From Geosiphon pyriformis uo1 (lineage: Eukaryota; Fungi; Glomeromycota): a DNA stretch of 64,000 nt. Below the pieces are notes generated by a model that saw nothing but the letters and a program-made list of their open reading frames with translations, was not told where the DNA came from and ran no database searches. The stretch spans positions 157,349-221,348 of the forward strand of contig JAAOMT010000723.1 of the NCBI GenBank assembly GCA_016748015.1, read 5' to 3'. A program made the translations under genes and the position numbers. Shown one piece after another: positions 1 to 13,807 of the stretch (the first letter of the stretch is position 1; each line of letters starts with the position of its first letter).

Positions 1-2466
1 CACCTCTTTTTCTTTGAACTTATTCAACCTTGGGCTTCTTTGTAAAACGGAGCATTGAATTTCTATAATTTAAGTTTATTCTCGTCAGTGTCACCAAAAC
101 AAGGGCTTTGTCATATCTTTGATTTTATCTTACAAATCTTCAAATTCGTGTGAATTTCAATCGTGAAAGTGTTCTTATTAGGATTTTCGTAGTAAAGAGT
201 AATTTTTGGCATAATGAGAGATTTTACGAGGAAATCTAAGATCAAAAATGCGGATTTTTTATATTAGATAAATGATAACACATTTCGCATTTTCACAATT
301 CTTTTTGTGACGTTAATGTTTACTTTCCCTGTTTTTTTTTTTTTTTTTCAAAGTTTCCATGTAACTTGAGTGGCATTTTATCTTAGTTTTCGAAATTGAA
401 CTGCTAATAACCTATTTTACTTCTTTTAGCATGTATAATTGGCTCAAGATTTATCCCATAGTCATACATATTAAAGAATTAAATGGTTTTGTTTTCTTAA
501 AATATCTTCAAAAAAAAAACTCTAGTAATATAAGAAAAAGGTGTGGATAGTTGTGATCCTTTTCTATTAACAAAATATCCAAAACACCCAAAACCTCTGC
601 AATAAAGATTTAACTAAATGGAAGGTCATCCTTAATATCCAAGATTTATTTTATATCATATCCCTCAACAAACAATCCTAATCATTTTGAAAAAATTATT
701 TTTAATTGGATAACAATTATTTTGTTATATTATGAATTAAAAAAAGTGAAATAATGGGATTACTTTTGATAAATTTTTTCATATAAATATAAAGTGATGT
801 TTATCGAGAAATTTCAAGAAAAAAATGTTCGGAAGATAAATGACTAAACACCCACAAAACGTATTCTGTAAAGAACACGAGTGTACAGATAAAGTGTACC
901 CCGAAAAATGTACTCTTTGTCCTAAAACCAAATCCCTCACATTATCATAAATTGATTTCCAGTAAGGTTAACGAGGGCGGACTATATGAAAACTATTGGT
1001 AATTATGGAATAAAATGTTGTATATAATTTGAGTGTCCTTGATACCGAATTGTGGGACCTTTTTTCTTTTCTATTTGGGTAATATTTTCACAAATTTTAC
1101 AAAATAAATTCAATTATCATTCTTTTTATAAAAAGAAGCATAAAAAAATCTAAATTTCTTAAAAATATAATTATTATTATTTTTATAAAACTTAAGAAGT
1201 GTAACAATTTGGTTAGTCTTAAAATATATTAATAATGAAATGAAATATCTTAATACTTTTACAAAAACTTTTCTTAAATAAGTTTTAATACAGAAATTGA
1301 AACTAATAATATTTTAAATTATCATTTAAAAATTTTTTTGATGAATCCCAAAGTTTCTGAATTAATATATAATATATGACTAAAAATAACTTTTAAATTT
1401 AATTCAAAAGTTCAAATATCCAAAAAAAAATAATAATAATAATTAAAAGATCAATTTTACTCTTAAATTTCTCAAGTTCCTTTTTTCAATTTTTCCATAT
1501 GTTAATGACACACCCAATTCAAATGATTGGAAATAATTGGTTTTTCTTAAACAAACAAATAATCTTTGGTAAAAATGATGAAATTTTCAACAATCAAAAA
1601 GCACGCAAATCAAATCAAAATTATTAAACAATGGGAAATTTTGGTTTCAAAAAAGTAATAGACAATTTCTATTAATGGTCTCAATGATATCATTGACGAA
1701 TCCTTTAGAAACATAATTTGATTTGAGTCAAAAAACTTTTTTATCAACTTCATGTCACATGCAGCATGAACCCTCAACTGTTTATTATTAAACCCACACC
1801 GCCCTCCCTTTTTTTGGTTTTACAGCACAGTCCTCAAATTTCTGTACGTCGGTTTTTGTATAACAGTTCACATGTACACCTTCCCGCTGCACTCCTTAAA
1901 GCTTAACATTTCCTAGTTCAGTGTGATTTTTTTTTTTTGACAGCAGTAAAATTTGTTTGATACTGAGCTAAATCATCTCCTATTAAACGCTAACCATTTC
2001 TAAAGGAAAGAAACATTGCAAATCTTGTGCCAAATGAGGTTTAGGTATTGGCACAGCCTTGCACAAGGAATCATGTGGTGGGTAGGATATAATGATTATC
2101 TAGGGTATGAAAACTTTTCCCGTCCCCAGGTTTAAAAAATTAATGGCGTATTACCATCCCCCTCCCCCTCCCCCCCCCCCCAATACGCGTATTGTAACTC
2201 ACATTGTTCGAGTTACAATTTGTCACAATTAAAAGTGTCATCCTGTCTGCAAGATTCGAAGGACTTAATTAAAAAATAAAATAAATTTTCCACCCCCTAA
2301 TTAAATATTAAATATCCTAACACCTCAATCATTAAACATCTTTGAGCGTTATTGTTCTTATTTTCCTTCTTTTAACGACTGAAACGATACACTTCCCTAT
2401 TTTGAAAAATATTGAATTATTGTTTTTTTAACGAACAAATTTCATCTGCCCAAATAATTAAAGAAA

Positions 2467-3482
2467 ATGGGACCGAAAAGTTCAAAACTCAATGCTGGAA
2501 AATCTGCTAAAGTGAACAACCGACAAGAAAAGCCGACAGAAACTCAACGCCAAGAAAACTTCTCACCGATAACAAAAATACAATCAGAAATCGTGGCCGA
2601 GATTTGTCAATACTTAACTACAAACGACCTCTTTGCTCTATCCCAAGTCTGCTATAGTCTGAGAAATCTTCTTTGTTCGACCGAGTCTTCGATAGCTCAA
2701 GCTATATGGAGACATTCAAGACTAAATTTTATGCCTTCGTTAATTTTACCACCACCTGACGGAGTTAGTGAAAAGGAATATATTGAATTGGGATCATTTG
2801 ATCGAGGTTGTCAATTGTGTAAAAGGAAAGACAAGGAAATAAAGATCATTTGGACCTTCCGTGTACGAACTTGTGAAGCATGTTTTTTGATGAATACAAT
2901 GAGGTAAATTATTATAAATTTTGAAGAATTTAGTAATGACTTGGTGAAATGATAGAAACCTAAATTAACTTCTCTTTTAAAATCAGTGGCCGTGATTTAA
3001 CACCATTGAACTATATTCCACATCACATCTATTCTTACATTCCTTCAACAAGAGAAGATTGGTACGGTCAAAAACTTCCCTCGCAATCGGTCGCGCCGAT
3101 CCTTCGTTCGCATCCTCTATTCAACGATCGTCTTTACTGGCTTCCAGATTTCGAACGCAAAGTTGAGGAGTGGAAAAATATTGACTCGGTTCAAGGACGT
3201 CGTCAATGGGAAATGTTTCAACGCATAAAATTTCTTGATATCGTACGCGACGCCAATTTACGAGAAAAGAAATCGGCCGAAATGAATGGAGCTAAATTGG
3301 AGTTGGTCACAAAGTTTGAGGATCGAGAGGCTCAATTACGAATTGCGAATGATTATTTAAAAAATTTTTTATCAAATTTACAGAAACGCACTTTGGGTGA
3401 GTTATCGGCCGTTGTTCAGCCTACAAAGCTAATTAAAGCTCATGACCAAACGATGATCCAGTCACGTAATATTATAGTTTAA
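2467..3482 (+). CDS. F-box domain protein with CxxC...CxxC module (2 exons: 2467-2903, 2987-3482; ~310 aa)
   Basis: F-box-like SEIVAEICQYLTTNDLFALSQVCYSLR, followed by IWRHSR..PPPDG.SE..Y, GCQLC and W.FRVRTCEAC. A GT-AG intron at 2904-2986 (gtaaat...aatcag) joins the two ORFs in frame. Confidence 0.85.
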
Positions 3483-3639
3483 CATTTGGAGAAATTAGTT
3501 TCACATTTTTCAGTGTAATTTGTTTTGATTTTAAATTATTCTGAAAGATCAAAGTAAAAAATTGTTCCTCTCCAAGCAATTTTTATTTGTACAAACGATA
3601 TATAGGGTTAATTGTATTGACATATGTTTTTTAAGTTCC

Positions 3640-6250
3640 TTATTTATGGTAAAAAAAAAATAGCAGTATTCTTATAATTACCAATATAAATTTCAAAATA
3701 AATTAGTTACATGAGTTCAAGTTGAATGATGAGTACGCAAAAAAAAATTTCACTTGTTGAGAAATTACCAATAATACATTGGCAAAGCAGTAATAATTAA
3801 ATAAAATCTTGTAATTTATAAAATAACAAAGAAAGTCAAAATTTTTAAATAATAATTATTTTTTTAAATACCAAATAATAATTTATCAACAAAGAGTATA
3901 ACATTATATTAAATTTTTGTTATCATATTGCAAACCAAAAAAAATAATATTATGAAATCATTTATTCAAATAACCGCTTTTTCAAATACTTGAGAAATGT
4001 CAATAAAATACCCAATTTTTTATATATATATTTACCAGTTTTTTTAAACAGGTATTTTACAGGTATTTTAAAGAAATCATGTATTAAATTCAATTAAAAT
4101 ATGATTTTATTATTTTATTATTTTATTATTTTATTATTTTATTATTTTACAAATTTATAAAAATAATTAATATTCAAGACTTTTAAATGTAAAAATTCAA
4201 AAATAAAAATTAAATAAGATATAAAATATAATAATGTAAGAATATAATAATATAATAATGTGATAAAAATGAAATGATGTTTGTAATATTATTATATAAA
4301 TTATTTTAAAAAAAAATCAAGCAGCTATTATTTTTTCAATAATATTTAAAAATATTATAATCTAAAAAAAAAATTTCAATAGTAAAACAATTAGGATAAA
4401 ATGTTGTAAAATGGGGGGTTTTTTTTGAATATTTTTAATATAAAACAGTTTTTAAATATTTTAAAACCACTTTTTTTGTTTTTGACTAAAAAGTCTTAGT
4501 TAAAACAACATATTAAAATCTTTAATTAACTCGTAATAAATTTATAATTTATACAGTTACTTTTGTTATTATTCTTTAAATAATTGAACTTTTTAAAAAA
4601 ATAGAACTTTGGTTTTTTTTTAATGTCTTTATTAGTTTTGTATTATTAATACTAATTATAGCTTTTAATTCGATTTCGGTTGTAAATAACAGCTCTTTTT
4701 CTGTTTTAAATAATAGCAATAACAATATTTTTATTAAATTAAACTTGGTTTAATTTGTTTAATATGATAATTAAAGCAATATTTTTTTCTGAAAATACTA
4801 TTAATTTTAATAATATTTAAAAAATAATTTTCTAATTATTAAAGATTTTTGAATAAATAACTTTTATTTTAGTGTTTGATATTTAAAACAATTTATCTTA
4901 AAACTGTATTTCAGTTATTATATAATTTTATTAATGCTAAGTTAATTTTTTATAGTATTAACCTTTTTTGTACAAAAATTGTATTTTTTAAAATATTTTA
5001 AATATAATTCTTAAAATTAAGTTTGCTAAACTCTATTTTTTTATTACTCTTAAAATTGTAAAGTTTATTATTATATTATTTATTTTTTATAATATTAAAA
5101 AAATCTATGTTGTTAAATTAAAGTCTATTAATTTGTAATAATATATTATTATTTTTCTAAGTTTATTAAAACTGTTTTTGCTTACTAATTAATTTTTTAA
5201 TTTATTTAAGTTTATTTTTAAGCTGTTTATTGTATTTAAAATTATTATTTACTATTTTTATAAATTTTGTTTTGTATATTAAAGTCATTATTTTATTTGT
5301 TGTATTTAAATAAAAAGTTTAAATTTAAATTAGAATTTTTAAAAATCTTAATTGTGAAATTTTATTTATTTTAATAAAATTTGTAATTAAACTTATTGAT
5401 TTTTTGATGATGATTAAGTTATTTTTTTTATTACATTTTAAAAAAAAGTCTATTGAAAATGTTAAAAAAGTTGTTAATACTTATTATATTACTTAAAAGC
5501 TTTAATAAAACCCCAAAAAAAACATGATACACACATTTCATAAATTATAATAAAATAAGTAATTTACTAAATAAAAAACAAAGAATTATGTTTTTAATAA
5601 AAAAAATTGGTAAATAAGTATTTTGAAAGCAAATAGTTTTTTTTAATATCTATATAACTTAAAGTAGTCTTAATATAAGTCTGAATAATTAGTTACATCT
5701 AAAAAGTAATAAACTGTTTCTAATATGTAATATTTTTTTGTTATGTATTCTTAAGTTATAATTAGATAATACTTAATAATGCATTCAAATAAAAATAAAT
5801 TATTTAAGCAAACTTTTTTTAATTTAATAGAATACTTATATAAAAAAAAAATTAAAAAAATGTTTAGTTTTTATTCACAAAATCTTAAAAGCTATAAAGA
5901 TTACAAAAAAATTTAATTATTAAATTTTTATTCAAGCATTAAAGTTTATAATGATTAACCAAATTATTTTTTATTTTAGTTTGTATTTAAAAATTCATTA
6001 CCATTTCCCAAGATTATAGAAACAAATTTAGGAAAGAAACTGTTATAAAAAAAAAATATTGACATAATAAAAAAAATGTTTCAAATTAGAATTATTCAAT
6101 AAATATTATTATTCAGTACAGTATTATTTAGAAACAAAGGATTCATATATTATATATTTTATTCAATTAATAAGTAAAATATTATTTAATCCTTACAACA
6201 ACAAAAAATCATTCACACTTTAGAAGAAATTTAAGTGTGAAACGGAAAAT
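3640..6250. other. Extremely AT-rich, ORF-free tract (possible fully decayed repeat)
   Basis: Almost no G/C or CpG, no ORF in the track, (TTTTATTA)n near 4105-4150. A TE origin is only inferred. Confidence 0.4.
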
Positions 6251-6617
6251 AGAAAAAACCCAAGCTATAAAGAGATACTCAACGAACAATGAATTAGATG
6301 AATTAGAAAATAAAAAATTTAATAAAGCGACTTGGCCAAATTCGCAACCGAATCATGAGAACAATCATTATAAAAAGATTTAAATTATTATAAATCACAC
6401 AACAAAAGACTTATATATATATTATTATTTCAATTTAATGATCTGCCAAATTGGGAATGACTTATCACATAATGTTAACAATTGAGTATTAGGAGGCTAA
6501 GCATTTTCGGCAATTGAACGACAATCTATGAAATTTCTAGCAACAGCGGAAAAATACTCAAATCACTATAAATCATCGTCTTTTCTCATCACTCTTATGT
6601 TTGATGTTTTAAACATA

Positions 6618-8263
6618 ATGCAATCTCTATCTACTCTTTCAAAATCAGTCTCTTCTCAACTTTTAACACACTCACATTTAAATCCTTTAATTTCTGACCT
6701 TATACAAGACATAAGCACCCTCTACATATCCTCAGATGACTACAATGTTGTATTAAAAATTGGACAAGAACCAAATGTTCAAAACTTCGAAGCACACTCG
6801 GTTATTTTAAGAGCTAGATCTGCGTATTTTCAAACTGCATTACAAGAACCATGGGTTAAAAAAGAAATGGCTGGAGATAGGGAAAAAATTGTTTTTGAAA
6901 AACCAAATATGAAGCCGAGTGTTTTTCAGGTGATTTTAAAGTAAGAAAACCTTACATATAGGATCAAATAATGCTAAAACTATATCAAATCTTGTAGTTA
7001 AGATTTTTTACAAAGCTCACAAAAAATCACAGGAATTACTTCTTCTCTTTCAAAAAATTTTTTTACTAACCAATTTCAATTTATAGATTTATGTACACTG
7101 GAACAATATGGCTAGACGCAACAAGTGATCATATTAGTCTCTTGAGAGCAGCTGACGAATTAATGCTCACACGTCTTGTTATGCACATACAAGAACATAT
7201 AATAAATCAAGAGGATGGTCCATGGCTAGACAACGCCCTTACTCAACTATATCAATTATCATCTGATAACCTCGGAATGCAAGTTCTAAAGAAATACTGT
7301 GAAGATAGAATAGCTAGTGAACCTGAGAGATTCGCTAAAACAAATGAATTTCTTCGCCTGGAAGAAAAAAGCTTGATCACATTATTAAATCGTGACGATT
7401 TTGCCATGGATGAAATTCAAATCTGGGACAATGTGATACAATGGGCAATTGCACGTGCCGTACCAACCTTACCAAATGATATAGCCGAATGGACGATACC
7501 TCATATTCAAACTTTAGAGAAAATTATAAAACCCATTATTCCATATATTCGTTTCTTTCAAATATCATCGGCTGATTATTTTTATCGGATCAGACCATTC
7601 AAAAAATGTCTGCCTCTTGATCTACGAAATCAGTTAAAAGCCTTTTACCTGGTTCAAGGAAGTAAACCACCCGCAAATTCTCTTCCATCCCGAAACCCAA
7701 TCCATACGATTGATTCATTGGTAATTACCCCAAAACAATCCGCGTTTATTGCAAATTGGATAAAAGGACATAATGGAATGCCCAAGCCATTTGCTCCACA
7801 TTCGTTTTTGTTTAATTTGTTACTGCGTGGTAGTGTGGATGGTTTTGATATGTTCGAGTTCCATATGCGATGTGATTTAAAAGGCCCAACCGTTACGGTG
7901 ATTAAATGCAAAGGGGGCAGAGTAATTGGTGGATATAATCCTCTAGCTTGGGAAAGCTCAGGTTTCTATAAAACAACCCGTGATAGCTTTATTTTTTCAT
8001 TTGGTTACGAAATTGGTCATGAGACAAAAGAGGGAAAAGATCCAGAGAAACATAAAATTATCTTGAGCAGAGTAAAAAAAGAAAGATATGCCATAAAAGA
8101 TTTTAATGGAAGTATCGGTGGCGAAAATGTAGGGTTTGGCAATGGTGATTTACCACTTTTTGCGTATTCGTGTCGGGAAAAAGCATATGAGAGACCAATT
8201 CTGGATGGTTCTCATTTTGAAGTTGAAGAGTATGAAGTTTTTGCGATTGAAAACTTGGGCTAG
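6618..8263 (+). CDS. BTB/POZ-BACK-TLDc domain protein (exons 6618-6940, 7087-8263; ~499 aa; alternative upstream ATG at 6528)
   Basis: BTB motifs YNVVLKIGQEP, FEAHSVILRARSAYF and ILK|FMYTG across intron 6941-7086 (gtaaga...ttatag). BACK-like DEIQIWDNVIQWA and IPYIRFFQI. TLDc motifs LLLRGSVDGF, FHMRCDLKGPTV, IGGYNP, SFIFSF, FGNGDL and VEEYEVF. Confidence 0.92.
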
Positions 8264-9113
8264 TTAGCATGAAGGAATGTTTTTAAAATTTTGTAAATTT
8301 ATAATTACGTAAAGTCTCAAACTCTTTTTTTTTCACAAACTGTTTCTGTATTTTATTATCTATGTGAAAAACAAAATTTCCATTATTGTTACACCTATAG
8401 TTTTGAACTGAAAGTTCATTGCATTATTAATGAAAAAATGTCAAGTAATAAATTTGAACTGGTATTTTGAACTCAATCTCAATTAGGTGAGATTTTCTGG
8501 ATTCTTGTTTTTTTTAAATCCAAAGGCTAATTAAAGACTCACCAATTCATGGATTGACATTGGGCGTTTTCTCAATTTTGTGCCATCATGCAAATTCAAT
8601 ATGAAAAGATGGATCTGCCCCATTCACTGGCAAAAAAGATTCAAGGCGTAAATAGAAATAGTATTCCGCCTTTTAATAAACGTACAAATCTTAGCCTCCC
8701 GATAGCCTCTATACGTTCAATTATGAATATGTAAATTTATTTTTAATTGATTCATGTACCAATCACATCAGTAATGTACGCTAACGCACAATCCTTTCTT
8801 AAAAGCTTGTAATTGGGATTATAGGAGATTAAAATGATGAATGCCTCAATTTGGAAAGGTTAAAATAATCAAGTTTAATATATAACATCCTGCTTGGATT
8901 ATTTAATAATTTCTTAGCAGATTAAATAAAATGATTTTTAGCAAAGATTTAATATATATAGCTTCGCCCATTGTCTAAAATAAGATAGTTGAATACTTGC
9001 TTATACACTGCATTTGAAACAGAGAATATAAGCAGTTTAAGATTTTTGTTACCCTTCATAGAAAATCAATTCTCCTTCCCCAAGTAAACCAGAAAACTAA
9101 TTTACCTTTCGAA

Positions 9114-10959
9114 ATGGCACATATACCACCAAGAATTTTTTACTTTGCTTTTTTTATAATTTTCTTGGTATATTTGGCAATTAATTTTTTCATCGGAAGT
9201 CAAGTCGTGTCTCCACCGGACGACAATCTTAACCTTCAGGGAAATTTTTTACATATTACCGATCTCCATCCGGATCCATTTTATAAAGTGAACGCGACTA
9301 TAAAATCGGGTTGTCATAAAACTTTAAAAAAACATCGGGTCGAAGTGCAGAGAAAACCATCGCATATGAAAATTGGCATCTCGGGGCACTGGGGTGCACC
9401 AGCTAGTATTTGTGATTCATCGATGAAGTTGATTGATGCTACGTTTGAATGGTTGGAGGAGAATTGGGTTGATAAACTTGATTTTGTTATTTGGACTGGA
9501 GACAACTCGAGGTTTGTAAAGTCTCAAGTGAGGATTTTAAATATTTCATAATTTTTTTAATCAAAAAAATTCTCAATTTAGGCATGACAACGATGATAAG
9601 CGACCAAGGCATTGGAAAGAAATTGTAGAAGTTAATCAAATTATTGCGGATAAATTTATTTCCCTCTTCTCCGCGAAAAATCGTCACCATGGCAAAAGAA
9701 ATTCACCACATTTTGTTCCAATTGTTCCATCCTTTGGCAACAATGATATATATCCGACAAATATTCTCGAGGCTGGTCCAAATAATGTTTTTGAAAAGTA
9801 CAAACAAATTTGGGCTCCGTTTATTCCAGAATCTCAACTTGAAGTATTCAAAAAAGGAGGATATATGGAAGTAGAAGTCATTAAAAATCGACTTATTGTT
9901 GCGTCCCTTAACTCGATTTATTTCTTTAAATCCAATACCGCGGCACAAGGATGTGCAGCGAATGATGAGCCAGGTACGGATCAAATTAAATGGTTAAAAG
10001 ATGTCTTGCGAAAAGCACGAAAGAATGGCATGAAGGTTTGGATTGTAGGTCATGTGGCACCAAGCAAAAGCAAATATACCCCAACATGTTGGAAGAAATA
10101 TGCGAGTTTGTCACATCAATATAATGATGTGATATTGGGTCATTTATACGGACATTCGAATATGGATTATTTTTACTTTATTCGGGAAACTAAGAGAGGT
10201 CTGCAATCTTTGAACAAAACAAAAATCGACGAAGAAAATTATCAGGACGAACTTGAATTAGATGATGACAAAGACGAGACTGAATATGAAGGTTTCAACG
10301 GAGATATTAAACTTTGGGAACAGAATGAATTTGGGGATTCAGAAGATGATAACGACGAGATCAAAACAACGGTTTTCAATATTGAAAAATATGCTCGTAA
10401 ATTGTTAAAGCATTACCGACAGATTCCATCCGTCGAACGTATGACAATAAATCAATATACGGTAATTCATGTCAATCCTTCAGTGATCCCAACATTCTTT
10501 CCAGGTTTACGAATATATGAATATAATACCACGATTCCTGATCATAAAATATCAGCAAAAAATATCGTTGAAATAGATGGTGATAAAGACAAGGACAATT
10601 CAAACATGAATATATCAAAGAAAAATTATGACAAACCTTTACCACCCATCAACACTTTTCTGAGCCCAATTGGTTATACACAATTCTTTATTAACCTAAC
10701 TCTTGCAAATCTTTATCACCACAAAATACCGAAATACGAAGTAGAATATACTACTCGAGATCATTACAAAATGGACGATCTTACGGTCTTTAGTTGGCTA
10801 CAATTGGCAAATAGATTGGCCAAAGATGGCCAGAATGGGAAATTCTGGAAAAAGTTTCGAGAGCATTTGGTCATTGGTACACATAATCTAGTGGAAGATC
10901 GTATAGGGGGTAAGGAAGTACATGTACATGAAAAAGATGATGGCATAGAATCTGAATAG
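9114..10959 (+). CDS. PPN1: Vacuolar endopolyphosphatase, calcineurin-like metallophosphoesterase (exons 9114-9511, 9582-10959; ~591 aa)
   Basis: N-terminal type II TM helix. Motifs FLHITDLHPDPFY, CDS, WTGDNSR|HDND (spliced across intron 9512-9581), PIVPSFGNNDIYP, GHVAP, GHLYGHSNMD, PSVIPTFFPGLRIYEYN, GYTQFFINLT and YEVEYTT. Confidence 0.93.
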
Positions 10960-11703
10960 GGTAAAAATTTTTTTACAAATTATAAATATAGAAATAATGT
11001 AATTAATAATAAATCTTGTAATAATAATAATTTATGCTCATCAGGAGTTAATACGGGTACGAGATAATCATTTTTTTCTCATTTAAAATAATAATATTTG
11101 TACCAAGGGGTCAAAAAAATAATTACATGCATATTTTACACTTGTACAATGAACAGGATACAAACTTTTTTAGGGATAAATATTTGACAGTTATCGTAAT
11201 AATTCACCAAAAACTTTAATTTAAAATGTTGAACACCATCAATTTTCGATTAGTGCACAGATGGAACGCGTAGCTTTACTACGCATCTCGGACCTTCTTC
11301 AAAATCCTAGTGAACTTCGAGCCACAAAATTTTGTATAAAAATGGCCTCGAAGCAACGCTTGAACCGACGTATCTTGCCGTTCTTAAATTCTCACTTTTT
11401 TAACAACATTTCTTGACGTTTAACAACTCTATCGTTATTGTGTTTTTGGTTTTTAGTTAAATCAATAATTTACGAAATTTTGTTACCTTGAAATTTATTT
11501 CTTTCTTTGCACCCTTTACCAAATCTTTAAGGACGATTACCGGTTTTTGTTAACTTGTAACGTTTGATTATTCTTTCTCTTCAACCTTTTTTGTGACGAC
11601 TCTTTATCCCCAACATACGCGCTTTTCTTCTCACGCCTCCAACAAAAAACCTTCATCATCTTCCACTTCTCTATCAACTTCGTACTTTCCAATTATCATC
11701 AAA

Positions 11704-13807
11704 ATGCCAGTAACAACCACCGGTCTTTCTCTCGCCTCCCGCAAAAATATTCGTGATGAATTCACTAACAAAGCTCCTGAACTCAAAAAGATTCTTAAAG
11801 AGGTTACCGGTCATGATTACGAATTCTCTGTTGATTTTACCTCAATTTATAACGATTCGGTGAAAGCCAATGAGGAACAGACTCAGTATTTTGCCTCAAA
11901 CTTGGGAAGTATCGCTTTTCGTTATTTCGAATCGCTTATCGGGAACATTAAGCGAATCGCCCAAAAGGATGACCTTGTCCGTGGTGACTTTGTAAAATTG
12001 ACTGAAAATCGTGAAATTGTTCTTGTTCATGATCTTGATCTTGAGGAATATAATAGGTTTGTTGAAGGGATCTAGGTCTTTGTCTGTTTTCTTTTCTTTT
12101 TCTTGGGATATATTAACCTATTTGACGTAATTTTTAATCAAATCTTTCTTCGTCAATTTCATTATTTTTCTAGCGTTGAAGTTACCGATGGCACTATTTA
12201 CATTAAAACACGTCCTTCTTCATTTGGTACCAACGTCGATGCCGGTTACTATCTCATCAATCAATTAAAAGATACAGCTGAAGTTTTACCAGTTCAAACC
12301 AAGAAAAGTATTCGTGATGATTGGGAATTGAAAATTCCAGCCTTGAAGAAAGTTATCAAAGAATCTCTTGGTGAAAGCTATGAATTCGTAGTTAACTTTG
12401 ACGAAATCTACCTTATGGCAATTAAAGGAGATGATAGTCGAGAAAGTTATTTCACCTCCAACCTCGGCTCTTTGACCTTTGATTATTTTTCGGCACTTAC
12501 TGAAAATATTAAACGTCACGCGGCGAAAGATGAATTGGTTCGCAATGAAATTCTCAAATTGACCGATACGCGAAAGATTCATCTCGTCATTGAAACAGAT
12601 TTAGAAGATTATAATGAAGTGGTAGTTGTTGATGGCGGCATCTATATCAAAGTAAGGCAAAACTCCTTTGGCAACAATTCAAATTATACTGGTAAGTCCA
12701 AGAAAATAAATTTTTATTAGAAAGAGCTATCTACACACTTGCCATTCTAACTTTCAAATTATCCACTTGAAAAATCTCTTAGGATACTACCTAATTAATT
12801 CTATACAAGATCCTCACGAAGTGCTCTCATTAAAAGCCAAAAAAGACGTTCGTGATGAATGGGAGCTGAAAATTCCAGCTCTCAAGAAACAACTCAAAAA
12901 AGTACTTGGAGAAGATTATGAGTTCGAAGTAGATTTTGATGACGTTTATGCTCAGGTCATCAAAGTAAATGAAGATCAGAAAGATTATTACAATTCAAAT
13001 TTAGGATCTGTCACTTTTCGATATTTCGAATCAATCGTTCAGAATATCGAAAAGAACACCAAGAATGATGATCTTGTACGTAAAGAATTTCTTGATTTAA
13101 CTTTAGAACGTAAAATTGTACTTGTTCTTGAGGTTGACCTGGTAAGTTTGAATCGTTTATTATACATATATGTTGAATCTATAATTTTGAAAGTATACTT
13201 TTTTAATCAGTTTTAACTCTTCATTATTTTATAATAAATATTACAGGATGATTATAATGACATTGAAGTCTTAGATGGCTTATTATATATAAAAGTTAGA
13301 CCAGGCTCTTACGGAAGTAATTCTTCGGTCGGATACTACTTGGTCAAAAAACTTCATCATCCTGACTCGGTTCTACCAGTAAGCACAAAAAAAGACATTC
13401 GTGACGAATGGGATAATAAGATTCCAGAACTAAGGACCAAGCTCAAAAAAGCTGTTGGTGAATATTACCAGTTCAGGGTTGACTTTGACGATATATACAC
13501 AACAGCCATTAAAAATTCACCAGATGATCATGAATGGTTAACCAGAAGCTTAGGGGACGTAACGTACGGTTATTTCGAATCATTGGTCAATAATATAGTG
13601 CGTGTCACGAAAGATGATGATTTGGTACGTGAAGGATTCTTGGAAGTGACTGAAAATCGGGAGTTTTATTTGGTGCATGATTCCGAATGGGAAGATTCTT
13701 CTCCAGATGTACAAGTCAAAGATGGAGCCTTGTATATTCGAGTGAAGCCTGGCTCTTTTGGACAGAATCGAAATTATGTTGGGTATAATATTATTGATAA
13801 ATTATAA
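11704..13807 (+). CDS. Uncharacterised protein of four tandem ~148-aa repeats (exons 11704-12056, 12174-12691, 12783-13141, 13247-13807; ~596 aa)
   Basis: Three GT-AG introns (12057-12173, 12692-12782, 13142-13246) give one continuous frame. Each repeat starts L[SP][LV]xx[RK]K.[IV]RD[ED][WF]..K.P.L, then G..Y.F.V.F..[IV]Y, LG...F/Y.YF..L, D[DE]LVR..F, DG.[IL]YI..RP.SFG.N....GY. Confidence 0.9.

Noticed and set aside
7654-12582. Short antisense or alternate-frame ORFs overlapping the BTB, PPN1 and repeat-protein genes
   Set aside because: Shadow ORFs of well-supported + strand exons, with no motifs of their own.
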